Notes: generated by a model from the letters alone, not told the origin. Positions 30,142 to 40,698 are shown, numbered from the stretch's first letter. The stretch is 56,801 nucleotides of DNA from a virus (IMGVR_UViG_3300031963_000179:1-56801), one strand, 5' to 3'. Numbers and translations are program-made.

Positions 30142-30761
30142 TGTCTACAATAAATTATCAATTAAAAATAGAAGGTTTCGTCAAAATTTCTGATCCTAAT
30201 ACAGGAGAGATTCTTGTTGACAAAAAAAATGCAATACATTATGAAAATATGTCAGAATCCATCGCTGATACATTAAGTAGTAGGGGATATGGTGGTATTT
30301 TTAAAATGGCGTTTGGAAACGGCGGAGCAAGCATCGATAGCACCGGAATTATTACATATTTACCACCTAATACGACAGGTCAAAATGCAGCATTATATAA
30401 TCAAACTTATGAAAAAATTGTAGATGACACCAGTGTTCTAAACACAGATCCTGCAAGAAATAAAATGGTCGTGTCGCACATAATAGGAAAAGTTTACAGT
30501 GATATAGTAGTTCAGTGCTTACTCGACTACGGAGAACCAGCTGGCCAAGCAGCATTTGATAATAGTACCCAGTTAGAATCTACTTATACGTTTGATGAAA
30601 TTGGGCTTTTAGCAGATTATGGCACTGACCCAGCCGGAAACGAAACCACAAGACTATTGACCCATGTCATTTTTCATCCGGTTCAAAAAAGTCTTAATAG
30701 ACAGATTCAAATAGATTACACAGTGCGTATTCAAAGTTTAACAAACCTTGTTACCATATAA
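30141..30761 (+). CDS. virion structural protein (possible fibre/baseplate attachment)
   Basis: Position in the late module; FGNGG and FDEIGL...HPVQKSLNR; beta-rich. Confidence 0.55.
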   Translation: MSTINYQLKIEGFVKISDPNTGEILVDKKNAIHYENMSESIADTLSSRGYGGIFKMAFGNGGASIDSTGIITYLPPNTTGQNAALYNQTYEKIVDDTSVLNTDPARNKMVVSHIIGKVYSDIVVQCLLDYGEPAGQAAFDNSTQLESTYTFDEIGLLADYGTDPAGNETTRLLTHVIFHPVQKSLNRQIQIDYTVRIQSLTNLVTI

Positions 30762-30769
30762 GATAAATA
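30762..30769 (+). promoter_or_regulatory. late promoter GATAAATA
   Basis: Directly after the 30761 stop; GGAG RBS precedes ATG 30799. Confidence 0.75.
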
Positions 30770-30798
30770 CTAAAGTTTAAAAAATGGAGTAAAAACAC

Positions 30799-31992
30799 AT
30801 GGCATATACAATTATACGAAGCGACGGTACTGTACTAACAACAATTCAAGACGGTACAATTAATACCAATAGTACATCATTGGGACTTCCTGGACGAAAC
30901 AAGTCTAATTACGGACAAGTTTTAGATACAAACTTTGTTAGACAGCTTGAAAGTTATGCCTCAAGTTCTCCTCCCCCTAATCCTCTGAGAGGACAACTAT
31001 GGTTTAATACAACCACAAACACATTAAGTATATGTCCAGCTGATGGTACCCTTGTAGCAAGTAATTGGATTACATTAACATCTACAACAGCAGCAGGTAA
31101 TGCAACCTTAGCTAACGTTAATGCAACTGGTAATATCATTGCAAACAATATTACATCTAATAACGCTATAATCGGTAATTCAATTACAGTAACTACAGCT
31201 AATGTTACAGGTAATTTATTTGCAGCAAATGCAAATTTAACAGTCGCACGATTAGGATCAGCCAATACTACTTCAATTACAACAGGTGGTGCTACAACAG
31301 GTGGTACTATTGTAGGGGCATGGTCAGCACAAGGTAACTGGACTATGCAAAATGGTAATATATCATGGACATCTAATTCATTTGGTATAAAATGCGATAG
31401 GTACATGTATGGTAATGGTGTACCATTTAATCCGGCTGGTACTTATACTAATGCAAATGTATTCGATTATCTTACCGGGGCGAATGCAGTGACACAATTT
31501 ACTGGAAACATTGCACCTAACAAAGTTACAACTAGCGAGTTAGCAGGTGGCGGCAATATTACTGGTATTTGGCAGCTTAGTCCTAGTGCTAGATTGCAAG
31601 CTACATATGCTGACTTAGCGGAACGTTTTGAAGCGGATCAACCTTACGATGCTGGGACAGTGGTTGAACTGGGCGGTGTTGCTGAAATCACAGCGGTAGT
31701 TGATGAATTGAGTAATAATGTATTTGGAGTAATCAGCACAAGCGCAGCGTATATGATGAACAGTGCAGCAGGAGATGATAATACACACCCTGCAGTTGCT
31801 ATTAGTGGTAGAGTTCCAGTAAAAGTAAAAGGTAAAGTTAAAAAAGGTGATCGTCTTGTTAGTGCTGGAAAAGGTTATGCAAGAGCAGCAAAAGACGGCG
31901 AAGCAGGTTCATTTAATGTCATAGGAAGAAGCCTTACTACAAAAACATCAGAAGGCATCGGTGAAGTTACAGCAATTGTTGTGATTAAGTAA
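30799..31992 (+). CDS. tail fibre/spike with a C-terminal autocleaving intramolecular-chaperone (peptidase G2-like) domain
   Basis: GQLWFNT N-terminal motif; Asn/Thr-rich beta repeats; YADLAERF...GTVV...GVIS...GRVPVKV.G.VKKGD.LV at the C-terminus. Confidence 0.7.
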   Translation: MAYTIIRSDGTVLTTIQDGTINTNSTSLGLPGRNKSNYGQVLDTNFVRQLESYASSSPPPNPLRGQLWFNTTTNTLSICPADGTLVASNWITLTSTTAAGNATLANVNATGNIIANNITSNNAIIGNSITVTTANVTGNLFAANANLTVARLGSANTTSITTGGATTGGTIVGAWSAQGNWTMQNGNISWTSNSFGIKCDRYMYGNGVPFNPAGTYTNANVFDYLTGANAVTQFTGNIAPNKVTTSELAGGGNITGIWQLSPSARLQATYADLAERFEADQPYDAGTVVELGGVAEITAVVDELSNNVFGVISTSAAYMMNSAAGDDNTHPAVAISGRVPVKVKGKVKKGDRLVSAGKGYARAAKDGEAGSFNVIGRSLTTKTSEGIGEVTAIVVIK

Positions 31993-32002
31993 GGGGAATA
32001 TA

Positions 32003-33001
32003 ATGACTTACGGACAAAATCAAAGAATTGATGCTTCTGACTATAATGGATATGTTGGTGCAAATCCAACCGCTACAGCTAACACATTAAATGCAGTTTT
32101 GGCAATAGGTAATGGTAGATCCGGATTAGGACAAACTGCAGTCGATCAAGTTACTGCGAACAATTCGCTTTTTAAAGTAACAAACGAACAGTGGAATTTT
32201 TTGATTAATAATATACAGAATATTGCATCTCACCAAGGCAGTACAATTACTCCTATTTCAATAACGTCAGATGGTCAATTAATTAGTGCATACATGACAG
32301 CAAGTGTGCCTGCAACATCTATATTCGCAAACAATTTAAATACTATTTTTACAAACAGAAATAATGCAGCAGCGCAAGGATCAACCTCTACAAATACTCG
32401 CACTTATGCTTCTTCATGGAGTACTAAATTAACATTTACGCATACTATATCGTTTGATTCAGGTGATAAGGCAAGATATTTCTTTAATGCAGGCGGGCAA
32501 TTAGCCTTAAGTTTTTCACACCCTAGTGGAACGAATATGAATAATTTGTGGAATACTCTTGCCTCAGCATGCGGTACAATCACAATAAGTGCAGTAAACA
32601 GCGGTACACAAAATATTGCAGGCACAAATTTTAGCGGAGTTACACGAACAGGTGGGAGTGGAACACCAACTACAATAGCTTCAAATAATGGTTATTATGC
32701 GCTTACTAGTACTAATGCTACTCTTTTTAAAATGAGTGCAACTGTAGGTCCAACTGGATATCTTTCTAGTTTTATTGAAGTACAAGCTAGAACAAATGGT
32801 GCTCAAGGTACAAATGGTGATACTGGAAGTATTTTAACAATTACTACAACTTGGGATTCATTACCGGATGGCGGTACTACTTCTTTAGGTTTATCAGGAC
32901 CAAACTCAACTGTAACGTGTGTCGCTAGACTTCCTAGCAGTTCATACCTATCACCCAGTTGGGGAAATGTTTCCATAAGCAGCACAGTTTCAGGCAGTTA
33001 A
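32003..33001 (+). CDS. virion structural protein (Ser/Thr/Gly/Asn-rich)
   Basis: Amino-acid composition, RYFFNAGG motif, co-oriented with the fibre gene, GGGG RBS. Confidence 0.55.
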   Translation: MTYGQNQRIDASDYNGYVGANPTATANTLNAVLAIGNGRSGLGQTAVDQVTANNSLFKVTNEQWNFLINNIQNIASHQGSTITPISITSDGQLISAYMTASVPATSIFANNLNTIFTNRNNAAAQGSTSTNTRTYASSWSTKLTFTHTISFDSGDKARYFFNAGGQLALSFSHPSGTNMNNLWNTLASACGTITISAVNSGTQNIAGTNFSGVTRTGGSGTPTTIASNNGYYALTSTNATLFKMSATVGPTGYLSSFIEVQARTNGAQGTNGDTGSILTITTTWDSLPDGGTTSLGLSGPNSTVTCVARLPSSSYLSPSWGNVSISSTVSGS

Positions 33002-33023
33002 TTTTTTCATAGTCGCTCTGTAT

Positions 33024-33031
33024 TCTAAATA
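33024..33031 (+). promoter_or_regulatory. late promoter TCTAAATA heading the glycosyltransferase operon
   Basis: TAAATA core, 5 nt before ATG 33037. Confidence 0.6.
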
Positions 33032-33036
33032 TTTTG

Positions 33037-33342
33037 ATGAATACAGATGAACTAATTAAAGAATCAAAAGCCAAATTTGATCATAATTTGGCTAAACACT
33101 ATCTCAAAGAAAAATATCAAAGTAAATTAATTTTTGCAGATCAGGGCGGGCTTTGGAAAGCCACACCTGATTTCTTAAGTTTTCTTTCTTCCCTTACACT
33201 TATTGAAACTGTTATATTAGATTTGCATGAAAATCCAATTAAGGTTAATAAAGAATCATTAAGTATAAAAGCCCATTCTATATACCATAATGTTATGACT
33301 GAATGGCATGAAGAATGGACTGAATTAAGAAAAAAACGATGA
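33037..33342 (+). CDS. hypothetical protein
   Basis: ATG 33037 preferred over TTG 33034; translationally coupled to the next gene by ATGA. Confidence 0.7.
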   Translation: MNTDELIKESKAKFDHNLAKHYLKEKYQSKLIFADQGGLWKATPDFLSFLSSLTLIETVILDLHENPIKVNKESLSIKAHSIYHNVMTEWHEEWTELRKKR

Positions 33343-34100
33343 AGGGCGTATTACTATTTGCCTTTAACAATGATGAAATAGATTATGTTAAAATGGCAAG
33401 CATTACCGCTAGAAAAGTCAACGATTATTTAAATTTACCATGCACTCTTATAACAGATGCAGAAACAACTTTTAAATTTGATAATATAATTTATTTAGAA
33501 AAAGACAGTTCAAATATTAAAAGACAAAAAGTTTGGAATAATAAGGGAAGGTATAATGCATATAATCTTTCTCCCTACGATGAAACACTTGTATTGGATG
33601 TAGATTACGTCATAAACTCATCAAAATTACTGAAAGTATTTGATTTTTATGATGATTTTTGTATTCACAACACTAGTAGTTTTTTAATGTATCCTAATTT
33701 TGAACAAGAAAAATTAGGATCTTCAAGTTTTAACACGTTATGGGCTACAGTTTTATTTTTTAAAAAAACTGATAGATTAAGGCATTTGTTTGAATCTGTT
33801 AAAATGGTTCAAGAAAATTATCAACATTATGTAGATTTGCATGGAATGTGGTCTACTACATTTAGAAATGATCATGCTTTTGCAATAGCAAATAGGATAA
33901 TAAATGGTCACATAGAAAATATTTCAAATTATATTCCTTGGAATCTACTTCATATTGGTGAGAATACGTTTGTCGAAAAATTATCCGAAACAGAATATAA
34001 AATTATTTTACGTGAAGAAAAAACAAAATATATTTTGATAAAAGATACGGATTTTCATATGCTAGATAAAAATAACTTTATGGAAATATTCAATGACTAA
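33339..34100 (+). CDS. GT-A fold nucleotide-sugar transferase (GT8-like)
   Basis: SPYDETLVLDVDY (DxD), WATVLFFKK, RNDHAFAIA. Confidence 0.7.
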   Translation: MKGVLLFAFNNDEIDYVKMASITARKVNDYLNLPCTLITDAETTFKFDNIIYLEKDSSNIKRQKVWNNKGRYNAYNLSPYDETLVLDVDYVINSSKLLKVFDFYDDFCIHNTSSFLMYPNFEQEKLGSSSFNTLWATVLFFKKTDRLRHLFESVKMVQENYQHYVDLHGMWSTTFRNDHAFAIANRIINGHIENISNYIPWNLLHIGENTFVEKLSETEYKIILREEKTKYILIKDTDFHMLDKNNFMEIFND

Positions 34101-34890
34101 AGGATATGTTGTTTTAGCACAAAATACAAAAACTATAAATTATGTAAAATGTGCAGAAATGCTTGCACTAAGTATAAAAAAGGTAATGCCTAACGCAAGT
34201 ATAGCACTTATTACTGATGATGTAGAATACAGTAGATATTTTGATTACGTTATAGCTTTACCCTACGGTGATTTGGACAAAGATTCATCTTGGAAATTAT
34301 CTAACGATTGGCAAGTCTATGAGGCTAGCCCGTATGATCAAACTATCAAATTAGAAGCAGATATGTATGTACCAATTAACATAGATTATTGGTGGGATAC
34401 ATTACAGTTAAATGAAGTCGTTGTATCATCAACTATTAGAAACTTTAGAGGAGAAATTAGCGATAACCTATTTTATAGGGGTTTTATCACAAATAATAGT
34501 CTTCCAAATGTGTATAACGCAATGACATATTTTAAAAAAGGAGAGTTTGCAGAAAACTTTTTTAAAACGATTAAACATTGTTTTGAAAACTGGGAAAGTT
34601 TAAAGCCTATGTTAAAATGTAACATTAATGAGAAAGCAACTACTGATTGGGTATATGCTATAGCCTGTCATATACATGGGGTAGAGAATACCACCCTACC
34701 AAAATTTGATTCTTTTAGTATGGTTCACATGAAACAATACATAAACGATTTGCAATCTGAAGATTGGACAAAAGAATTAATTTATGAGGTTAACCATAAT
34801 AACATAAGAGTAAGCACATATCCGCAACTATATCCATTTCATTATCATATAAAAAACTTTTGTAATATAATAGAGAATGAACTTACCTGA
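34093..34890 (+). CDS. GT-A fold paralogue with a degenerate DxD (EAD)
   Basis: SPYDQTIKLEADM, YNAMTYFKK and TDWVYAIA align with the preceding gene. Confidence 0.65.
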   Translation: MTKGYVVLAQNTKTINYVKCAEMLALSIKKVMPNASIALITDDVEYSRYFDYVIALPYGDLDKDSSWKLSNDWQVYEASPYDQTIKLEADMYVPINIDYWWDTLQLNEVVVSSTIRNFRGEISDNLFYRGFITNNSLPNVYNAMTYFKKGEFAENFFKTIKHCFENWESLKPMLKCNINEKATTDWVYAIACHIHGVENTTLPKFDSFSMVHMKQYINDLQSEDWTKELIYEVNHNNIRVSTYPQLYPFHYHIKNFCNIIENELT

Positions 34891-35167
34891 ATTTAGATTA
34901 TACTATGATGATGCTGGAAAAGCATTATTTTATACTTGTGAAAAGTTAGATGGTAATTTTATCGTCATTGATTCTGATACATATTTTCAATCAAGATTTG
35001 ACATTAAAATAATTGATAAAAAAATTGTAAGTATATATGATAAAAAGCTAATTGCTAAACTTAACCCTAGTCAAAATGGAACAAGTTGCCATATCAATGA
35101 TATTAGCATAATTCATAATGGACCTAATTCAAAAAAATGGAGCTTAACTTTAAATGAACGTAATTGA
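34877..35167 (+). CDS. hypothetical protein
   Basis: 96-aa ORF overlapping both neighbours in the operon. Confidence 0.65.
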   Translation: MNLPEFRLYYDDAGKALFYTCEKLDGNFIVIDSDTYFQSRFDIKIIDKKIVSIYDKKLIAKLNPSQNGTSCHINDISIIHNGPNSKKWSLTLNERN

Positions 35168-36083
35168 TATTGCAGACTTAGATTGCATTTACCTAAGTTA
35201 TGATGAACCACAAAAAGAAGAATTTTGGGTTAAAATTCAAAACATGATACCTTGGGCACGTAGAGTTGACGGAGTTAAGGGTAGTGATGCTGCACACAAA
35301 GCTGCGGCAGAAGAAAGTGATACAGAAAGATTTATTTTAATTGACGGAGATAATTTACCTGATTTTAATTTTTTTAACTTAACATTAGATTTTACAAATA
35401 AGGACGAAAGTTATCAACACGCACAGTATCGATGGAAAGCTAGAAATGTAATTAATGGATTGCAATATGGCAATGGCGGCTTAAGTAGCTGGACTAAAAC
35501 TTATGTAAAAAATATGAAAACGCATGAAAATAGCGGTGGTAATGTTACTACAACTATTGATTTTTGTTTAGATTATTTAAATGGTTCTTATTGGAGTATG
35601 TATGATTGTTATTCTACAACATATCCAAACTATACTCCCTTTCAAGCATGGCGTGCTGGATTCCGTGAAGGTGTAAAAATGTGTTTGGTTAGTGGACAAA
35701 AACCTGATGTAGATTTGTTTAAGAAAAATGTTGCTACACGAAATTTAAACAACCTTACTATATGGCATAACGTAGGCATGGATGTTGAGAACGGACAATG
35801 GGCTATCTATGGTGCAAGATTGGGAACATACTTAACTATGTTAACTGATTGGGATTATAATAAAGTTCAGGACTTTGATGAACTATTAAAGTTATGGGAA
35901 ACATTTGAACACCACGAACCAAAACAATTATCTGAGCTTTTATCAGACAAGTTAGGACTCTCTATGTGCGTGTTAAATGCCGAACAGTCAAAGTTTTTCA
36001 AACGGCATTATAACACTGATAAACACAATTTAGGACCTTTAGTAAAAGAAATAGACATTATCAGAAAAATAGAAAAATGGTAA
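35154..36083 (+). CDS. GT-A fold (GT2-like) glycosyltransferase
   Basis: YLSYDEP, VDGVKGSDAAHKAAA, FILIDGDN (DxD), AWRAGFREGVK. Confidence 0.65.
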   Translation: MNVIDIADLDCIYLSYDEPQKEEFWVKIQNMIPWARRVDGVKGSDAAHKAAAEESDTERFILIDGDNLPDFNFFNLTLDFTNKDESYQHAQYRWKARNVINGLQYGNGGLSSWTKTYVKNMKTHENSGGNVTTTIDFCLDYLNGSYWSMYDCYSTTYPNYTPFQAWRAGFREGVKMCLVSGQKPDVDLFKKNVATRNLNNLTIWHNVGMDVENGQWAIYGARLGTYLTMLTDWDYNKVQDFDELLKLWETFEHHEPKQLSELLSDKLGLSMCVLNAEQSKFFKRHYNTDKHNLGPLVKEIDIIRKIEKW

Positions 36084-38513
36084 TCATTTACTAATAGGAA
36101 TTACTTTTTTCTTTGTGAAGTTACGATACTGTTCATGAATGGTTTCTTTAACTTGTATTTCAGAACTTACCCAATCATTGAAATTACCTTCATCAAAATA
36201 AGTTTTTTCAAAACTTTTATCTTCTTTTTTTCTTTCACTTTCATAAATTGACTCTGAATTTTTGTCCAAAGCCATATGATTAAATTTATGAGTTAAGAAT
36301 AGTTTATAGTCCCCGTCTTTATTTTTGCTTATAGTAAATTTGCATGAATAATCATTTACTAATGTGTTGCCAAAAATTGCTAAGTCAGATTGTGGATCAC
36401 ATTCAAAGCTATATTCAAAATCATCAAAATATAAATGTAAGCCGTATGCAAATGCAAAAAATTCATTAGCAATAGAGTTTCCAAAATCTTCGGAACTATA
36501 TCTTTCTAAATTTACGTAATAATCTTGTTTTACATATTTTTTTTCTGATTTTTTGCTAGTTACGAATGTGTATGAATCTTTTATAGCTAACGAATTAGCC
36601 TTATCTACACGTAAACTTGTACGTACACCTTCTTCTATTTCTTCTCTTGTGGCGTCTTTATTAAAACTGTCTGTGTTTGATTTTTTTGTATGTTTATATT
36701 GCTGACTATTTCTGACTGTTGCTTTAGCGTGTTCTGACAAAATATTTAACCAAACGTGAAATAGTTTTATTCTAATAAATCTATGTAATATTGTATTTTT
36801 GTAGTCGTGAGTATACCAAGTATTGCAAAATGTAATATCTCCTGGATAATTGTTTCCTAAAATACCATAAACGTGCCAGTCAGTTTGCATGTGACTAAAC
36901 TGTGCTGGTCCTGCACCGAACCCAGGACTTATAATGTTTATACTTTTCCTTAAATTTGCTATTAACTGCATACTGTGTAAGTAGTCAATTGGTTCTTCTG
37001 TAGGAAATCCTATCATATAGTTCACGTGATTAAAAAGATTTACCTCAGCACCATCATTTAAGTTATTTTCTATCTCCCAAATTTCAATTTTTTTTCTCAT
37101 GTCATTTAAAACTTTTTGACTACCTGATTCAACTCCGTAACTAATTGCTGTACAACCACTGTCGGCTATCTTCTTAATAAATTCTTTCGTCATTCTGCCG
37201 TCACATCTAGCATAACTATTCCATTTAATTTTTAGATTTTTTTCAATTATGAGGTCGATTAGTTTTTCGAAATTTTTAACATTACCGTTTACTAAACTGT
37301 CTACAAACCAAAATCTTTTAACACCGTAATTTTTGATTTGATATTCCATTTCTTCAACTACACGTTCAGGACCATTACTTCTAAACTTCCAAAAGTAAGT
37401 TTCTGCACAAAAACTACATTGTGCAATACATCCTCTAGAAGTTTCTATACTTACACCGTCTTGATGCATGTAGTTTGATAGGTTATAATCACTATAATCA
37501 GGAAAAGGATACTCATCTAGCTTTAATTTGCTATCAGTAGAACCTATTTTTTGATTTGTCGGATAAATATCGGGTAAATTTTCAAGAACATATGGAAGCG
37601 TTTCTTCCGCTTCACCCACAAACAAATAGTTAAAATGTGATGTTAATGAAGTAAAATCAAAATTTGTTATGACTTCAGGACCTCCTGCAAGTAAACATGC
37701 GTCAGGTAAAAGTTTTTTAATTTGACTTACCATATACTTAGTTGCAAAAGTATTTGTGTTGTATATACTAAATCCTATAACCTTAGGGTTAGACTTTACG
37801 ATATCGTCGATTGCCTTATCTAATACAGGTTGAATGTAAGGTAAAATAAATTTAACAAAATTTTGTCTTTTTATCCATAGAAAGTATCTTTCCCCTCGCC
37901 AATAATCTTCACCATGCAACTCTTTTAATGCATGATAACACTCTACATTCAAGTCATATACTTTGGTACTATAACCGTGCTTTCGTAAAACAGCAGTAAG
38001 TTTAGCCATGTTATAGGGCGGAAACAAAATACCCCAAGCAGGGGCGATAACCATTGCAACTTTAAACTTGTCTGTTGATTCCCATGCAATGTTTGGATTT
38101 TTAAATTTATATTGATAATCTTTCGTAAACTTGCCTAAATGAGAATTAGCATGATTAATTTCGTTTTCTAAATTATCTTCTTTGTAAATATGTTTAAGAA
38201 TTATTTGATCTCTGTCTCCGCTAAGTAATTGTCCACCTTCGGATTCCATTTGATTAATAATTTTAATTTTTATTTCATGTCTTTTTTTATAAATTTCTTG
38301 TTGATTAAAATCAGGAAATCTCTCTAATGCTTTTTCTACCCAAGGTTCTTCAGTATTTGGGTTAAGCATAGCTTCTTCTACTACCATTGGGTCTAAATCA
38401 TATAGACAAAAACATTCTAATAATTCAGGATCTGTGTTGATGTTTTGGGCTAATACTGCTCTGTCGATGTTATCTTTGCAAGCTTCAAGTAATAATTCGG
38501 TTTCTCTTTTCAT
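36084..38513 (-). CDS. cobalamin-binding radical SAM protein
   Basis: B12-binding-like region (VIGFSIY...LAGGPE...GEAE), ETSRGCIAQCSFC (CxxxCxxC), GVESGSQKVL, IGFPTE. Confidence 0.88.
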   Translation of the reverse strand: MKRETELLLEACKDNIDRAVLAQNINTDPELLECFCLYDLDPMVVEEAMLNPNTEEPWVEKALERFPDFNQQEIYKKRHEIKIKIINQMESEGGQLLSGDRDQIILKHIYKEDNLENEINHANSHLGKFTKDYQYKFKNPNIAWESTDKFKVAMVIAPAWGILFPPYNMAKLTAVLRKHGYSTKVYDLNVECYHALKELHGEDYWRGERYFLWIKRQNFVKFILPYIQPVLDKAIDDIVKSNPKVIGFSIYNTNTFATKYMVSQIKKLLPDACLLAGGPEVITNFDFTSLTSHFNYLFVGEAEETLPYVLENLPDIYPTNQKIGSTDSKLKLDEYPFPDYSDYNLSNYMHQDGVSIETSRGCIAQCSFCAETYFWKFRSNGPERVVEEMEYQIKNYGVKRFWFVDSLVNGNVKNFEKLIDLIIEKNLKIKWNSYARCDGRMTKEFIKKIADSGCTAISYGVESGSQKVLNDMRKKIEIWEIENNLNDGAEVNLFNHVNYMIGFPTEEPIDYLHSMQLIANLRKSINIISPGFGAGPAQFSHMQTDWHVYGILGNNYPGDITFCNTWYTHDYKNTILHRFIRIKLFHVWLNILSEHAKATVRNSQQYKHTKKSNTDSFNKDATREEIEEGVRTSLRVDKANSLAIKDSYTFVTSKKSEKKYVKQDYYVNLERYSSEDFGNSIANEFFAFAYGLHLYFDDFEYSFECDPQSDLAIFGNTLVNDYSCKFTISKNKDGDYKLFLTHKFNHMALDKNSESIYESERKKEDKSFEKTYFDEGNFNDWVSSEIQVKETIHEQYRNFTKKKVIPISK

Positions 38514-38518
38514 AGTTA

Positions 38519-39595
38519 TTATTTTACCAAAGAACCCATATTACCTAACTTAAGTCGTAGGCTTTTAAATTTTTTTTGTATGTTGGAAGGCTGCTGAGAT
38601 TGTATGGCAGCAAAAACTTCTTTTGGTGTTATATCATTTATACTACGCATAAAGCTAGCACTTTGTATTTTCCTTCGTATGTTTGTGGTGTATGTTACCC
38701 CCAATAACTTTACATCCCTATTATTGCATAAGCCAACTAAGTTAAATGCATCTTGTAATACTTGAGTCTCGTTTGGATGACAGTCAAGTTTGTGACACAG
38801 CAATATTTGTTTTCCATCTACCCATTTTCTTATATATTTAGAATAAGAGTCAGGTGCTATTAAAAAATCAACTTTTTGTATTAATTTAGCACACTGAACT
38901 ATAGAAACTTTCCCTACTAAATTTATTATTCTATCATCAAATAACATAGCAGGATCAACCATGTAGTTGGGTCGATCAATCAAAAAAATCTTTGATAAAG
39001 GATAATTGTCTAAAATCATTTTAAAAATTTCAATATGTTTTTCTTTATCATATTTTTTTTGAGCATTACTTCCTGAAAGTTGAAAACAAAAAGTTTTATC
39101 TGTTCCTTTCAATAATGAATTAATATAATCATCATCCTGTTTAAAAATTAGCCCACCCTTTTCTTTTATGTACAAACCTTTTAATTGTTTGTCTTTTCTA
39201 AACCCTGGATAGTCATTGCATCTATAATTAGCTAATTCGATAGCTTCAGAATTTGCAAAAGTATGTTGATCTATAAGATGAAAAAAAGGAAATTCTTTTA
39301 ACAGGTCATGCAATGCTTGATGTACGGGATAAGCACCTGAAACAGTTACGGTGTGACCGGTATTATAATCTTCAACCTTATCGTAGTCTCTAATATAGGC
39401 CCATTGTCCGTTTTTTATTTTTGATCCATAAAATCTACTATAAACCAATTCTACAATATTTGTATCAGAATAAACCCAGTATATTGAAATTCCATAATTT
39501 TGGTAGGCCTTATAAAGTGAAGTTTGTTCAGTTATCATCTTTAAACAATCACCTAAACCACCAAAAAATCTAATTTTAAAGTGATTCGTCATCAT
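38519..39595 (-). CDS. GT-B (GT9/heptosyltransferase-like) glycosyltransferase
   Basis: GGLGD at the N-terminus; NLVGKVSIVQCAKLIQKVDFLIAPDS. Confidence 0.6.
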   Translation of the reverse strand: MMTNHFKIRFFGGLGDCLKMITEQTSLYKAYQNYGISIYWVYSDTNIVELVYSRFYGSKIKNGQWAYIRDYDKVEDYNTGHTVTVSGAYPVHQALHDLLKEFPFFHLIDQHTFANSEAIELANYRCNDYPGFRKDKQLKGLYIKEKGGLIFKQDDDYINSLLKGTDKTFCFQLSGSNAQKKYDKEKHIEIFKMILDNYPLSKIFLIDRPNYMVDPAMLFDDRIINLVGKVSIVQCAKLIQKVDFLIAPDSYSKYIRKWVDGKQILLCHKLDCHPNETQVLQDAFNLVGLCNNRDVKLLGVTYTTNIRRKIQSASFMRSINDITPKEVFAAIQSQQPSNIQKKFKSLRLKLGNMGSLVK

Positions 39596-40698
39596 ACTAA
39601 TGAACTCATATTACCTAATTTTAATTGAGGATTTTTAAATATAGGATCTTTTAATATTTCAATTAATTTATTCCTATCTACATGATCCTCATGCCAAACA
39701 GCCATACCTTTAAATTTTTCATCACTTAAATGATACCACTGTGCTAATAAATTAGTCCAAATTTTAGGTTTAGATTTATATTGCAGCTGCCATTCAACAA
39801 ATTCTTTAAGTTCTTTATAATTATCACGTTGAACTATAAAATTAGTTTGCCAATTATATAAATTGGGGAAACGTTTTTGATGAATCATCTCATCTAAAAA
39901 TAACAAATTGTTTTTTAATTTTTTAAAGTTTCCGTTTTTTCTTACTATCTTATAAGTTTCTTCTGTGAATGCGTCTACGCTGACTTCAATGTAGGTTATA
40001 TATGGCCAAAGAGGTTCAATTTCTTTTAGGTGTTGTTCGGTCATTAGAACCCCGTTTGTTTTAAGAGTTATACGTAAATTATTAGGAATAGGATTTTTAC
40101 TTAGTTCTAGTAAATAGTTCCAGTATAATGGGCTAGCAAATGCATCACCGCTTCCTGTTATATTTAAACTTACGGTTGGGTGAAGTGTCAACAAAATATC
40201 AATAAGGTCTTTTACTTTTTCATGAATTTGTTTGATGTGTCTACCTCTACTGTCATCAGGGTTGAACGGATCATAATATATTAAATTATCTCTGCAGCTT
40301 GGACACTGTAAATTGCAACTAGGATCGTAGCTAAATCCAACGTGCATAGCAGTTTTCCTTAGTCTTTCATCCAAATTATTTTTATTAACAATATCCCAGT
40401 ATTCATTATCTCCAGTTAAAAACGAACTTAATTGGGGACATTGGTCATTGCAATAGGTAAAATTACCTTCTCGCATTCCTTCCTGTATTTCTAACCTAGT
40501 TACATTATTGATTATTTCTTGCGATGTTTCAGTAAGAACATTGCCTACCCATTTTGGTAACCAAGTATGGCAACATGCGCTAACTTGTCCTGATGTATGT
40601 ATTTCAATATGTTTAAAAGGGACGGTACAAGCCATTTTGCTTAACCTATTGTCAGCATCAAGGTAAAATGATTTTGGATGTATTTTGTATTCAGGCAT
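39592..40698 (-). CDS. radical SAM protein with an N-terminal SPASM/twitch-like Cys cluster
   Basis: CTVPF...GQVSACC...C; SCNLQCPSC; GSGDAF, KTNG, VSVD. Confidence 0.85.
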   Translation of the reverse strand: MPEYKIHPKSFYLDADNRLSKMACTVPFKHIEIHTSGQVSACCHTWLPKWVGNVLTETSQEIINNVTRLEIQEGMREGNFTYCNDQCPQLSSFLTGDNEYWDIVNKNNLDERLRKTAMHVGFSYDPSCNLQCPSCRDNLIYYDPFNPDDSRGRHIKQIHEKVKDLIDILLTLHPTVSLNITGSGDAFASPLYWNYLLELSKNPIPNNLRITLKTNGVLMTEQHLKEIEPLWPYITYIEVSVDAFTEETYKIVRKNGNFKKLKNNLLFLDEMIHQKRFPNLYNWQTNFIVQRDNYKELKEFVEWQLQYKSKPKIWTNLLAQWYHLSDEKFKGMAVWHEDHVDRNKLIEILKDPIFKNPQLKLGNMSSLV

